Below are positions 40,549-52,000 of a DNA stretch of 64,000 nucleotides, piece after piece. How positions within the stretch are numbered: position 1 is the stretch's first letter; every line of letters starts with the position of its first letter. Source of the stretch: Octopus sinensis (taxonomy: Eukaryota); NCBI RefSeq assembly GCF_006345805.1, contig NC_043012.1, positions 45,260,001 through 45,324,000 on the forward strand. The letters are read 5' to 3'. The notes beneath the pieces were generated by a model. The model had not been told where the DNA came from. It was given only the letters and a program-made list of their open reading frames with translations, and searched no databases. Both the position numbers and the translations under genes were made by a program.

Positions 40549-41035
40549 CAGTAGTGTTATTTCTAACACCTGCTTTCACTTACACTACCGAGCGCACCTC
40601 TGTGCGCCTTGGGTATGCGCTGTGGTTTTTTGTGATGCTCTTATTTTTACTGTATGGAAAGTGCATTACGTAGGATGTGTGCGGTGCCTAGTAGTGCTAT
40701 TTTCTGTGTGTTAATTATACTTGTTAGTCCTAGTGTTTTTGCTACGCATTAATCTGAAAATTTTTTATCATACCTAAAGTACCTACTACGATAGGAATTG
40801 TTTTTGTTTTTAGACGCCACATTCGAGTTATCTCTATTTCCAGGTCTTTGTATTTTGTAAGTTTCTCCATTTCTTTTAGAGAAACGTTGTCTTCTGTTGG
40901 TATTCATACATCGACTAGAAAACAGTTCTTCTTTGATGATCTCTGATAACAATATTCGGCCTGTTGGTCTTAATTTCTCTATCTGTATGTATTGGCATAT
41001 CCCATAGTATGCTTCATACCTGTATACACGAGAGT
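40548..41035 (-). mobile_element. Second, more decayed R4/Dong-type 3' fragment (RLE region)
   Basis: Minus-strand WDMPIHTDREIKTNRPNIVIRD, IPTEDNVSLKEMEKLTKYKDLEIEITRMW, TQKIALLGTAHILRNALSIQ*; different 3' UTR ending ctactg then aataat. Confidence 0.8.
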
Positions 41036-41299
41036 TGCTTTTATGAAATTACAACATGGTTAGATTATTCTGTTTTATAGATATTTATTTTAATTAATTA
41101 TATATTTGTTTTTAATTTTTATAAGTTCTGAATTTATCCTTACATACGTTGCATGTCTCCATTCCTTTATAACATTTTTATATAACCTTCTTTTCGCTGA
41201 ATTAATAATACTTTTCCTTTAACTTCAGTGTAGTAGAATTTGTGAATGGTCACAATTGCACATATTTCAGCAGATATATTAAATTAGAACGAAAATAGA

Positions 41300-42480
41300 A
41301 AAAGGAAATTGACAAGGCGCTTGGAAGAAGATGGCATGTAAAATACTGCATTTAAAGTACATAGCAGATTACTTAGCAACACCAAGAATGACGCTCTATA
41401 TATTCTTAGACGCAATGCGTATTTGATGGGTGAGAGATCCAGCAACGTAATATACATTTTTATGAGAAATTGTCCGATTTCAAACAATTGTTTGTGAATT
41501 AGCACAGCACTTTGCCGAAATGTCCTTAATAAAATCAGGACTAGCCTCATAAAATGATTTTGATTCTAAGCAATTGTTCTGTAAATGGACTGAGAATGTC
41601 CAGTTTAATGATGCGTACCAAGAAAAAAGAATTGTTAGGAGTTCTGTTTTAGGACTTGTAGAATAGGGGTCTGGAGTAAATTGTGGCTTAGGCAAACCGA
41701 GTCACAGTATGCACTTGCTTGGTGAGCAAAATAAATTTCTAAACCAATTCAATTTGAAGTCAATTGTTATCCAATCCATTCAGCTGACATGGTAAATCAC
41801 AGGTAACTGTATAATTCCTTTGAAAGCTCTGCGACTAAAACTTTTATCGATGAAACACAAATAGCTCTAGTGAATTTCTACTCCATTAAAGCAGCTCAGC
41901 ATAGCGTCGTAATCTTTTTGATGCTTTATTGTGTGAAGGTGATATTTTTGTATCGTCATTTGTCACAGTTCTTGGCGTAGATTTCCAAAACAATGTTGTC
42001 TCACCTGCATTTTTAGCTGCTGAGGAATTGAATTTTAATCTGCAATTTGGTATACTTGGCACAAGGTTAGTAGTTGCTTCTGAACGTTTATTTACTGCAC
42101 ATCGCACCAAAACTTAAGTCCTTGCTTCTTGAAACTTTGGACCCAACCCTCATTGTAATCATATTCATAATCTCAGCCTTAAACGTAATGAAATTTTGTT
42201 TCTTAGAATTTCAAATATCCCAACACTTTTATACGCAGCCTAAACGATTTCAACAGAACTTCAATCAAAGTCTGAACTTTTCAACTGGTATTGTTTATTC
42301 TTAAGAAAAATAAACTTAAAAAATATTTCATCTCTTCCTCAATATCATAAACTAGGGAAAAGCCAATGCTGTATAACCCACTTAAGCGTTTTACAGTCAT
42401 ATAACTGTCCATTTCATAAAATTCAACTATTTCTACTGGCCAAAGCCGTTTGTTTGCATTTTGTACAGTGAGAGCTTTAA
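41300..42480 (-). mobile_element. Decayed Tigger/pogo-family transposase
   Basis: TVKRLSGLYSIGFSLVYDI (psq-type HTH), YNEGWVQSFKK, NAGETTLFWKSTPR (cf. NADETALFW), RRAFKGIIQLPVIY. Confidence 0.72.
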
Positions 42481-43339
42481 GTGGGGTTAAAAGCGAACAG
42501 AATATATAAAAAAAAGGGAGAAATAGGAATTCTTTTTCTGTGTTTGGAAGTAATGGTAACAATGTATTTATGCAGAACGTACTGCCGCCAAAAGTAAGCA
42601 TTATGATGAAGCTGCAAAGCGGAAAATTGGAGTTTAACGATAGATTAGTTGAAACTAGTGCCTGAAATGTCGAATGGACAGCCTTTATATGGAAGATTTC
42701 TTTCAATGCTTTTGTTTGTGGTTTAGAAATCCACTGTGACAATTTGTGTTGTGTCCATTTCATTTCTGGCTGCAGATATTTCTAATTAGAATTTGATCCC
42801 AGCTCACTGCTATTTAACTTTTCTTATCTTGGAAATCTTGTTAGAAAATGTATGAACACCACCACCTCATTTCTTACTCTTCCAAATATTGGAAACTCAA
42901 GAATAAAACCATTCCACTGTATTATATGTATGAAACTATAAAGATGAATTAACCTATCGCTAAAAATCGATATTCTTTAAGAAAAAGCACAAGGCCTAGC
43001 TTGTAAATCATGGGAAACGTATCATTCAATGTTCCAAGATTTATTTTCATAGGATTTAATTGTCCCATAATTCTTTGTCTATGTGAAGTTCTACATACTA
43101 CAGTTCTGTCAATCGATTTTTGGAACAATCTTTGATTTGTGCTGATACTTCTATGGTTTCCAGTCTTGAAGTGAACATTTGTTTAATTTCTTCGGTCTTC
43201 TGCCAGCAAGGATATCTTCTCTCTAAATCATTGAACCTTTGTTATTTTTCTGTCACATTCTGATTAGCAACAAATTAGTTCTTAAATCATATGACCAATT
43301 CCAGCGAACGGACATTTATACTAGATTTTTGCTTATAAC

Positions 43340-44025
43340 CTAATGTCAATCTCTTATAGTTAACTCTGCTTCCTGTCTGCTATAGTTAACCATACTGTCA
43401 ATCTTAACTCACTGTCCATCTCTTATAGTTAATTCTGTTGCTTTCTCTTATAGTTACCTCGTCTGTCAGTGTCTTACATTGTCTGCTTCTTATAGTTATG
43501 TACAGCTATTCTATTACAGTTACTCTACCGCTAGTTCCTTCTCCTTAAACTCTATTGCCAGTCCCTTGTAATTGATTCTACTATCAGAATCTTACAGTTG
43601 ACTCCACCACCAGTCTCTTATAGAGGACTCTCCTGCAGTCTCTAATACTTAACACAATTGTCTTCCTCGTGGAGTGATCTACAGTTAGTCTCTTATAGTT
43701 ATTCCACCACCAGTCTCTTATAGTTGACTCTACTACCAATCTCTTATAGTTGACTCTACTATCAATCTCTTATAGTTGACTCTACTACCAATCTCTTATA
43801 GTTGGCTCTACTACAAGTTTCTTTTAGCTAATTCCTTTGCCAGTCTCTTACTCCCTGCCACGTATAGCTGACTCTGCTGCCATTTTCTTATATTTGACGC
43901 TATTATCAGATTCCTATAGTTGACTTTACTGTGAGTTGACTCTACTGCTAGTCTCTTATAGTTAACTCTACTGTCAATCAATTATAGTTAACAATACCGG
44001 CAATCTTGTATAGTTAATTTTACTT
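43340..44025. repeat. Degenerate 26-bp minisatellite (consensus ctcttatagttgactctactaccaat)
   Basis: Near-perfect units at about 43715-43820, increasingly diverged on both sides. Confidence 0.85.
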
Positions 44026-44639
44026 CTTTTATAGACAACTACATTGCAACTACTACGTTCATTTCCTCGCAATCTTCTCAACAAATTCTACCATACCATA
44101 ATTTATATATGGACAATAAACATTAATGCAGTACTACTAAAAATCGGACTAAGTACGCTGGAAATGCATTTGATCAGGGGCCAAATAACAATAAAATTAT
44201 TTTTGTATTCAAGCAGAAAAACCGCAAACTCTTCTCAAAATTCTACAGCTCTTCTACAAAACATGCGATATAGAGAAGTGATGAGAGTCAGTTGTTCCGC
44301 GTCAGTTGTAATAATTCATATACGCTTAGTTCCCGTATTTTGCAAAATCACGCATTGCCTAGCATCATACTTGCGTCAACATGATTATTCAAATTATGGT
44401 AGACGGTAGTGATATCAATGTCATTTCTTCCACCCTGTGAACAATAAAAACTGGCTAGAAACACCCGCATTTTTTATTTTCGATAATGAAAACACTGCAT
44501 ACAATTAAAGAAGGACAACTAATATCATCTCAGTTTTGCATATATATAAGTATATTCTTACATATATGTGTACAAAAATGCATGAATACATACATATATA
44601 CGTATATACATACATGGGGGTGTGAATACCTGAATAATA

Positions 44640-44762
44640 AGCCTGCTTAACAACTATGTGGATATGATTTCAATCGCACTGCGGGGAAATTTGGGAAGTG
44701 TATTCCACTATAGCCCCAGGCCGACCAACGCCTTGTGAATGGATTTAGATGGCAGAAACTGG
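44640..44762 (+). mobile_element. SINE family A 5' fragment
   Basis: actatagccccaggccgaccaacgccttgtgaatggattt...gaaactg. Confidence 0.7.
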
Positions 44763-44949
44763 GTAGTTGATGGGCAAGACGAGGTGCTGAAGAAAGGACA
44801 ATAATTCTTGAAAGATGCATGTACATCCATTGCATATTTTTTTTCCTATTGTGTATCGCATTGTTTACATAGACGAATTTGTTCACAAAACGTAAATGAT
44901 GGCTCTGAATTCAAGAGAAAATCTGTAGAGATACCTTAAATAAATAAAG

Positions 44950-45030
<81 letters not shown>

Positions 45031-45312
45031 TAATATAATATAATATAAATGGGACAAGAACGCAAAACATCCGGACAGCTAGGTGATACAAAAAGGGACA
45101 ACAAAACATCCAGACAGACGATACAAAGAAAACAAGGACGGGTCATTCGAAGTTTTCTTTCTTCAGTCAAGCACCAGATTATCCTCGCAATTTCGGCTAA
45201 TTATTCTTGAGATTGCTCCAATCTGGCCAGCCTCAAGGAAAAACTAAGCTAAGAGCTTTAGATTCCTTGGAAGAAAGCAGCAAATGTATTATATATATAT
45301 ATTATATATATA

Positions 45313-45344
<32 letters not shown>

Positions 45345-45515
45345 CAACAATCAAGGAACGGCCATAATCAAGGAACGGCCATAATAGGCCATTCACCCAA
45401 TTGTTGATGTTGATGTTGAACTTAAAAATGGTCTTTGACTATTTAATTTTTTCCCACTAGGCCGCTGGTGGCAAAAAAATTCTACAAAATTTTTTTTTTT
45501 GCCACCCTATATTGA

Positions 45516-45522
<7 letters not shown>
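45345..45522 (-). mobile_element. Dispersed, partly inverted fragment of the 484-bp hammerhead repeat family, in (TA)n
   Basis: About 45409-45522 is the reverse complement of about 63152-63258; 45348-45398 matches about 63260-63293 directly. Confidence 0.88.
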
Positions 45523-45567
<45 letters not shown>

Positions 45568-45629
45568 CTTTGAAGAGTTTTTGTCGAACAACTCGATCCC
45601 AGGACTGATTTTTAAGCGTAGTACGTAAT

Positions 45630-45755
45630 CTATCTCTCTCTTTTACTCGAGCCGCTAAGATACTAGGACCTAAACGTACCAACTCCGGGTGTCAAAGCAA
45701 TTATTGTTGGACAAACACAAAGATACACGCATGGATATATACATGAACATATACA

Positions 45756-45796
<41 letters not shown>

Positions 45797-45976
45797 TATA
45801 TATATATGTATATATATAGGACGGGCTTCTTTCAGTTTCCGTCTACCAAATCCACTCACAAGGCTTTGGTCGGCCGAAAGGTATAGTATTAGACACTTGC
45901 CCAAGGTGCCACGCGGTGAGACTGTACCTTAAACCATGTGGTTGGGAAGCAAGCTTCTTACCACACAGCCACGCCT
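45630..45976 (-). mobile_element. SINE family A copy
   Basis: Reverse complement of head and central region, with internal (TA)n. Confidence 0.8.
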
Positions 45977-46249
45977 CTGTGTGTGTATGTATGTGTTCAT
46001 TGGTATGTGTGTGTGTGTTTACATGTACGTATGCATCATGTATGTTTATATCTATGTTTATCTTTATGACAACCTTGCCGCTGAACCGTGTAGGAACGTT
46101 TATGCATGTATGCATACATACATACATGCATACAAACATGCATACATACATACATACATACATACACATTTATATGTATATCTGTATGTGTACGTGTATG
46201 TGCTTGTATGTGTGTTTGTTTATATTATATGTAATGTATATATATATAT

Positions 46250-46545
46250 ACTCTTTACGCTTTTACTTGTTTCAGTCATTTGACTGCGGCCATGCTGGAG
46301 CACCGCCTTTAGTCGAGCAAATCGACCCCGGGACTTATTCTTTGTAAGCCCAGTACTTATTCTATCGGTCTCTTTTGCCGAACCGCTAAGTGACGGGGAT
46401 ATAAACACACCAGCATCGCTTGTCAAGCAATGCTAGGGGGACAAACACAGACACACAAACACACACATATTTATATATATATATATACATATATACGACA
46501 GGCTTCTTTCAGTTTCCGTGTACCAAATCCACTCACAAGGCATAT
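46250..46545 (-). mobile_element. SINE family A copy (5'-truncated)
   Basis: ttttacttgtttcagtcatttgactgcggccatgctggagcaccgcc... Confidence 0.85.
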
Positions 46546-46585
46546 CTACATACATATGTGTGTGTATATTTGTATGTCTGTATGT

Positions 46586-46631
<46 letters not shown>

Positions 46632-46810
46632 TTAAATATGCATATCTCACATGTACCTACATAATTTGATGAGAGCGAATGCACGGAAATCTTGAGTCAA
46701 TCCATAACTTGCTGATTAGTAAAAAATATATATACACTCATGTTTTGAGTTCTATTTCCTGTTTCACCAAACTTAAGCGAGTATCATGTTATGAATGGAT
46801 ACCTATCTAT

Positions 46811-46974
46811 AGGCGCAGGAGTGGCTGTGTGGTAAGTAGCTTGTTTACCAACCACATGGTTCCGGGTTCAGTCCCACTGCGTGGCACCATGGGCAAGTGT
46901 CTTCTACTATAGCCTCGGGCCGACCAAAGCCTTGTGAGCGGATTTGGTAGACGGAAACTGAAAGAGGCTTGTCG

Positions 46975-47057
<83 letters not shown>

Positions 47058-47245
47058 CTATGTATATATATATTTATGCGTGTGTGTGTTTGTGTGTCTG
47101 TGTTTGTCCCCGTTACTTGGCGGTTCGGCAAAAGAGACCGATAGAATAAGTACTGGGCTTACAAAAGAATAAGTCCCGGGGTCGAATTGCACGATTAAAG
47201 GCGGTGCTCCAGCATGGCCGCAGTCAAATGACTGAAACAAGTAAA
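46811..47245 (+). mobile_element. SINE family A, full length
   Basis: Head and tail match 14468-14936. Confidence 0.88.
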
Positions 47246-48169
47246 TGATTAAAATATAAAAAAGAAAGATATATCCATACATACATACATACATACACGC
47301 ATACATATATTATGTTGGTGACCCAGCATGGCTGCAGTCAATTACCTGAAACAAGTAAAAAATAAACGTTATATTCATGTGTGTGAGTGTGTGTGAGTGT
47401 ATGTGTGTGTTTATACACACATACATACAAATCGGGTTTGTTTACAAATATCATATATATATATGTATGTCTGTATGTATGTATATATATATGTATATGT
47501 TTGTGTGTGTGTGTCTGTGTGTGTGTGTATGTATTATGTAGGTATATATATATATGTATGTATGGACACACATACACAGACACACACACACATACAAGGG
47601 GAGAGATAGTGAAAGAGGAAGAGAAATAAATAGAGAGAGTGAGATAAAATGCCTTACTTTATATTCTATTTAGTGAAAAATCGAAATTTTTTTTTTTTTA
47701 ATTACCATATTATATAATTGGTGTTTATTTTAGATTATTTATTGTGTTTGTTGTTAGATTCGCTTGTCGCTTCGAACATCGACTCTCTAAGCAGCGAGAT
47801 GTTATTTCACGATAACAGCAGAAAATTAATCAGGACAGCTGGCAGTTGCCTCGAAATATCACTTTCCAGCGCACTGCTGGCTGTTTGGCTGACTAACTGC
47901 TTGCCTGACTGGAAGCAATGGGCGGCTGATTATTATTAAACAGATGAATTATGTATATATATTAAAGAGAGAGAAACCAGCACGGTAATAGAAAACTATT
48001 TGACAATTAAGCGACATCAGTTGTCAAGCTTTTATAATGAGTTAACATTATTGAGACCTCCCGCCGAGACAGGGAAATTTGGTTGTGCGAAAAAATTACA
48101 TAGCAAAAAAAAAACAAAATATGAAATAATTTAAAGGAACGACAGAAGAGAAAAGAAATATGTCCGAGA

Positions 48170-48625
48170 GGAAAACAGAGAGAGAGAGGGAGGGAGAGAG
48201 AGAGAGAGAGAGAGAGAACGAGAAAGGAGGAAGTGAAGGAGGGAAAACTAAACAAAGAAAAACAAAGGTCATGAAGTTTCGAGGGGTAGAGGACAAAACG
48301 TAAGGGGGGAAAAGAGCTGGTGTTCAGACATCCGGAGGGGAGACAGACAGAGAAAGAGAGAGGGGGGAAGGAGAGGGAGAGGGAGAGAGAATGAGAGTGA
48401 GTGAGAGAAAGAGAAAGCGAGTGAGAGAGAAAGAAAAAGAGAATGAGAGAGAGAGAATGTGAAGTGTGACAGTGAAAAAGAAGTATAGAGAGGGTTCAAG
48501 GAGGGTAAAGGACAAAGAAAGAGAAAGAAGAAGAGAGAGAGAGAGAGAGAGAAAGAGAGAGGGAGAGAGTAAAGGAAAAAGAGGGTGAGAGTAAGAAGGA
48601 GAGAAAGAAAGTGAGAGAAAGATAA
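48170..48625. repeat. Polypurine (GA-rich) tract of about 450 bp
   Basis: Directly visible. Confidence 0.9.
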
Positions 48626-48859
48626 AGTTGACAAAAAGATTAATTTGTAGTGGCGTTTGTATCCAATAGAAATAAATTTTGAGTTGGATTTAATAAAAAA
48701 AGGGAAGATAATGGAAATTAATAACAATGCTGATTGCAATGACCGCAAATAAGGGCAATAAACACACACATACACACACACGCGCGCGCGCGTGCGCGCA
48801 TATAGATAGGTATGTGTGAGTGTGTATTGTGTGTGTATATGTTTTGAATACTTTTTTTT

Positions 48860-49060
48860 TTACTTGTTTCAGTCATTTGACTGTGGCCTTGCTGGAGCAC
48901 CGCCTTTAATCGAGCAACTCGACCGCGGTACTTATTCTTTGTAAGCCCTGTACTTATTCTATCGGTTCTTTTGCCGAACCGCTAAGTTACTGGGACGTAA
49001 ACACACCAGCATCGATTGTCAAGCAATGCTAGGGGGACAAACACGACACACAAACACACA
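48860..49060 (-). mobile_element. SINE family A 3' half (split by the Penelope insertion)
   Basis: Tail in reverse orientation ends in the internal (CA)n at 49060; the matching 5' half resumes at 53650-53814. Confidence 0.85.
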
Positions 49061-52000
49061 CTCGGTTTGTCCTTACACAGAGGCCATCCGGATTCCCGTT
49101 TGCGCCGTGAACAGGAATTAATCTTCTCTCTTCGCTCTTATACGCCATTTGGTCTCAACTCTCCCCCCCTCCTCATCTAATCCCCCTCTCCCCCCTCCTC
49201 ACCTATCCTTTCCCCCCGACCCCTACTTCTTCAGTCCTTCATCCTTTCACCCCTACTCCCCTTCCCTTCTTCCCTCTTTCTCCCTCCCTCTTCCCTTCCC
49301 TCTGCTCCTCTCCCCTTCTCTCTCCCCCTCTCCCACTTTCCTCCTTCATCCCCCTCCTCCCCCTCCTCTCCTCTTCCCCCCTCTCCTCCCCCTTTCTTCC
49401 CTCCCCTTCTCACCCCCCTCTTCTCCCCCTCCCCTCTTCTCCTCACTACACCACATGACTTTACACATCACATCACATATGATGTGCCATACTAATACAC
49501 ACACCAACTGATACATACTAATACGTACTAATACATACTAGTACATACTAATACATACACCAACCCTATACATACACACGTCCAGACCCCGCATACGCAC
49601 TTATACTCTCTCACCACACACACACAACACACTTATACATACCAATACGTACTAATACATACTAATACATACTAATACATACACGAACCCCATACATACG
49701 CACGTCCAGACCAATCCTACGCACTAATACTCTCTCATACACACACACACACACCAACACCTTATACATACTAATACATACACCAACCCTATACATACAC
49801 ACATCCAGACCCCTCCTACGCACTTTTAGCTGGTCCCTCAACCCTTTATCAACCCTATTATCTCCCCTTATTCGCTCTCGCGTCTCATGTTGATCTTTGA
49901 CCTCTGGCCGAAATCAGATCGCCATGTTGATTCGTTAGCTACTGCACGCATTTTTTTCTCTCCTATTTTTTCTGTGTTTTTCTCTCTCTGTGTATCTTTC
50001 TGTTGAAGAGCGTAGGCTCGAAACGTTAAAGACTTGTTTTATTTATTTTTTGAGCGCCATACTAATACAATTGTTCGTTTGTTTTCCACCTGCCTTCGTC
50101 TTTGTTTATTTTCATAAAAGCTCCCGTTATATATTATGCGCTCACGTGGTCTCACTTTCATCCTATATTCTACCAATACCACTATCAACACTTACCTCTA
50201 CCTTGGATTTTCTTTACCTCTGGATACTTACCATTGGCTGCACCTCTCTTTCGCGGATCAAAGTGACTTTGCATTGATGTGAAATCCTTAAAAAATATAC
50301 CACGACGTCTACACATTTCTCACCTTGAACTTTCAACCTTGAACTTGTTCGCATAAACTGTCCCGTTTGTTGTATTTTATTTTCTCTTATATTACCACTT
50401 TTTTTACATTCATTTCATGCTTTCCACATTTTCCTGAATTTTTGTTCTCCTTTCCGTCTTTCTTCCCTCTCTGGATGTCCATACTCCGTTTCCTCTGCCT
50501 GCACCCCCCTTTTTTTTGCCTCCCCCTCTCTCTGCTTCCTTCTTTCTTTCCCTTTTCCGTTTGCCCCGTCTTTTCTGCCCCTATCGCTTACTTATCTAGT
50601 TTTTCATACGATTATTATTTTTTTGTTTTTTTGAACGTTTGTTTTTTCCCTTTTTTTCGCTATCCTTTTTTTCTATTTTTTTCATACGATAATTTTTGTT
50701 TTTTGTTTTTTTTGTCTTTTCGAACGTTTTTCTTCCGCTATCCCATCATGCCGGATCCTAGGTCCTACCTCCTCACCCTCCATCACCGTTTGAAGGATCA
50801 TCTCCGTCGCTTCCTGTATATTGCCTTCAGCCGTCCGTTAATCTCTCTCTACTTCTTTTTAAAAAAACCCGCTTCTCTAGCCATGTCTCTTTCCTAAGCC
50901 GCTGCCTACATCACCGACTCATCCCTAAAGGTTTCCGCCTCCACTTCCACCCTGTTCTCCACTCGGATTCTTCCATCTTACCCATACTCCGCACCACATC
51001 TTACCGCCTTATGCGGGCCACCATTCGCTCCAATCTCTCCAAACTACATGCCATTCAACCGCCTTCTTCTCCTGCTTTTCCACCTTCTTCTCCTCTCTGC
51101 CGCCTCTCTTGCTCCAAACACGCTACGCTTCATTATCCATTTGAATCAACTCTTCCATCAATTTCTTTCTGATACCAAACTTCGTAACTCCAATCACTCT
51201 TCCATTCCACCCTACCCGACGCCACTACCCCAACGCCTCCACCACCCTTCTCCCTCCCGATAGGCTCCATCCACCCACACCTAACCCCACTGCCCCTCCC
51301 TACAACCCCTTCTCCCCTCCCGGTAGGCTCCATCCACCTACACCTAACCCTACTGCCCCGCCCAACCACCCCCCACCACACCTCCCCAATCCTCCCCCTC
51401 AGACCTCCACGAGACCTACCACCCCTCCTACTTCTATTCCACCCACCCCTTCTCCACTTCCGTCTGTTGTTACCATTCCCCCCGATCTTCCCCTCTCTGC
51501 GGCTGAACGCTCCGTCCTTGGTAGGGGTCTGCGTTTCATCCCCCTCACTCCATCCTGTAAGGAATTCCAGACGCGAGTTGATGTCCACAGCTTTGTGCGA
51601 CGTGTCCGGTTGGGTGCGCATTACCACGACTCGCCATCCACACCCAACGAAGAGGACTGCTTCACTGGCCTGGGCCGCCGACCATCCCCGTGGACGCCTG
51701 CCCCTGGCCAGATCCTAGCAGTGGATCTTTTTGCGGGCGCTTGTCAGCGTGCATTGGAGCGGTTCAACTTCTCCAGGCGCCAACGCCGCCTCAACATCTC
51801 CCCGGCTGAGCTCTTGGCTCTTCGTTCCCTCCAACGGCGCGCTGACATTATCATCAAACCGGCTGACAAGGGTGGAGCTGTAGTGGTGTGGGGCGCGGAC
51901 CTCTATAGGGCCGAGGCTTTCCGCCAACTCAATGACACCTCCTTCTATTCCCCTCTGCCCTCTAACCCCACACGTAGCTACCAACAGACGGTATCCTCTA

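Noticed and set aside
41929-42117. Rab/RASEF-like motif (VLGVDFQ) on the plus strand
   Set aside because: No GxxxxGK or WDTAGQ motif, stops on both sides, and it is the antisense of a Tigger transposase remnant
43340-44025. CRISPR-like array
   Set aside because: Units are contiguous with no unique spacers, there are no cas genes, and the context is eukaryotic
45045-45290. CUGAAGA (minus, 45160-45166) and a ggct/agcc-GAAA segment as hammerheads
   Set aside because: A15.1 or the CUGANGA box is missing and stem I does not close; probably a repeat fragment I cannot classify
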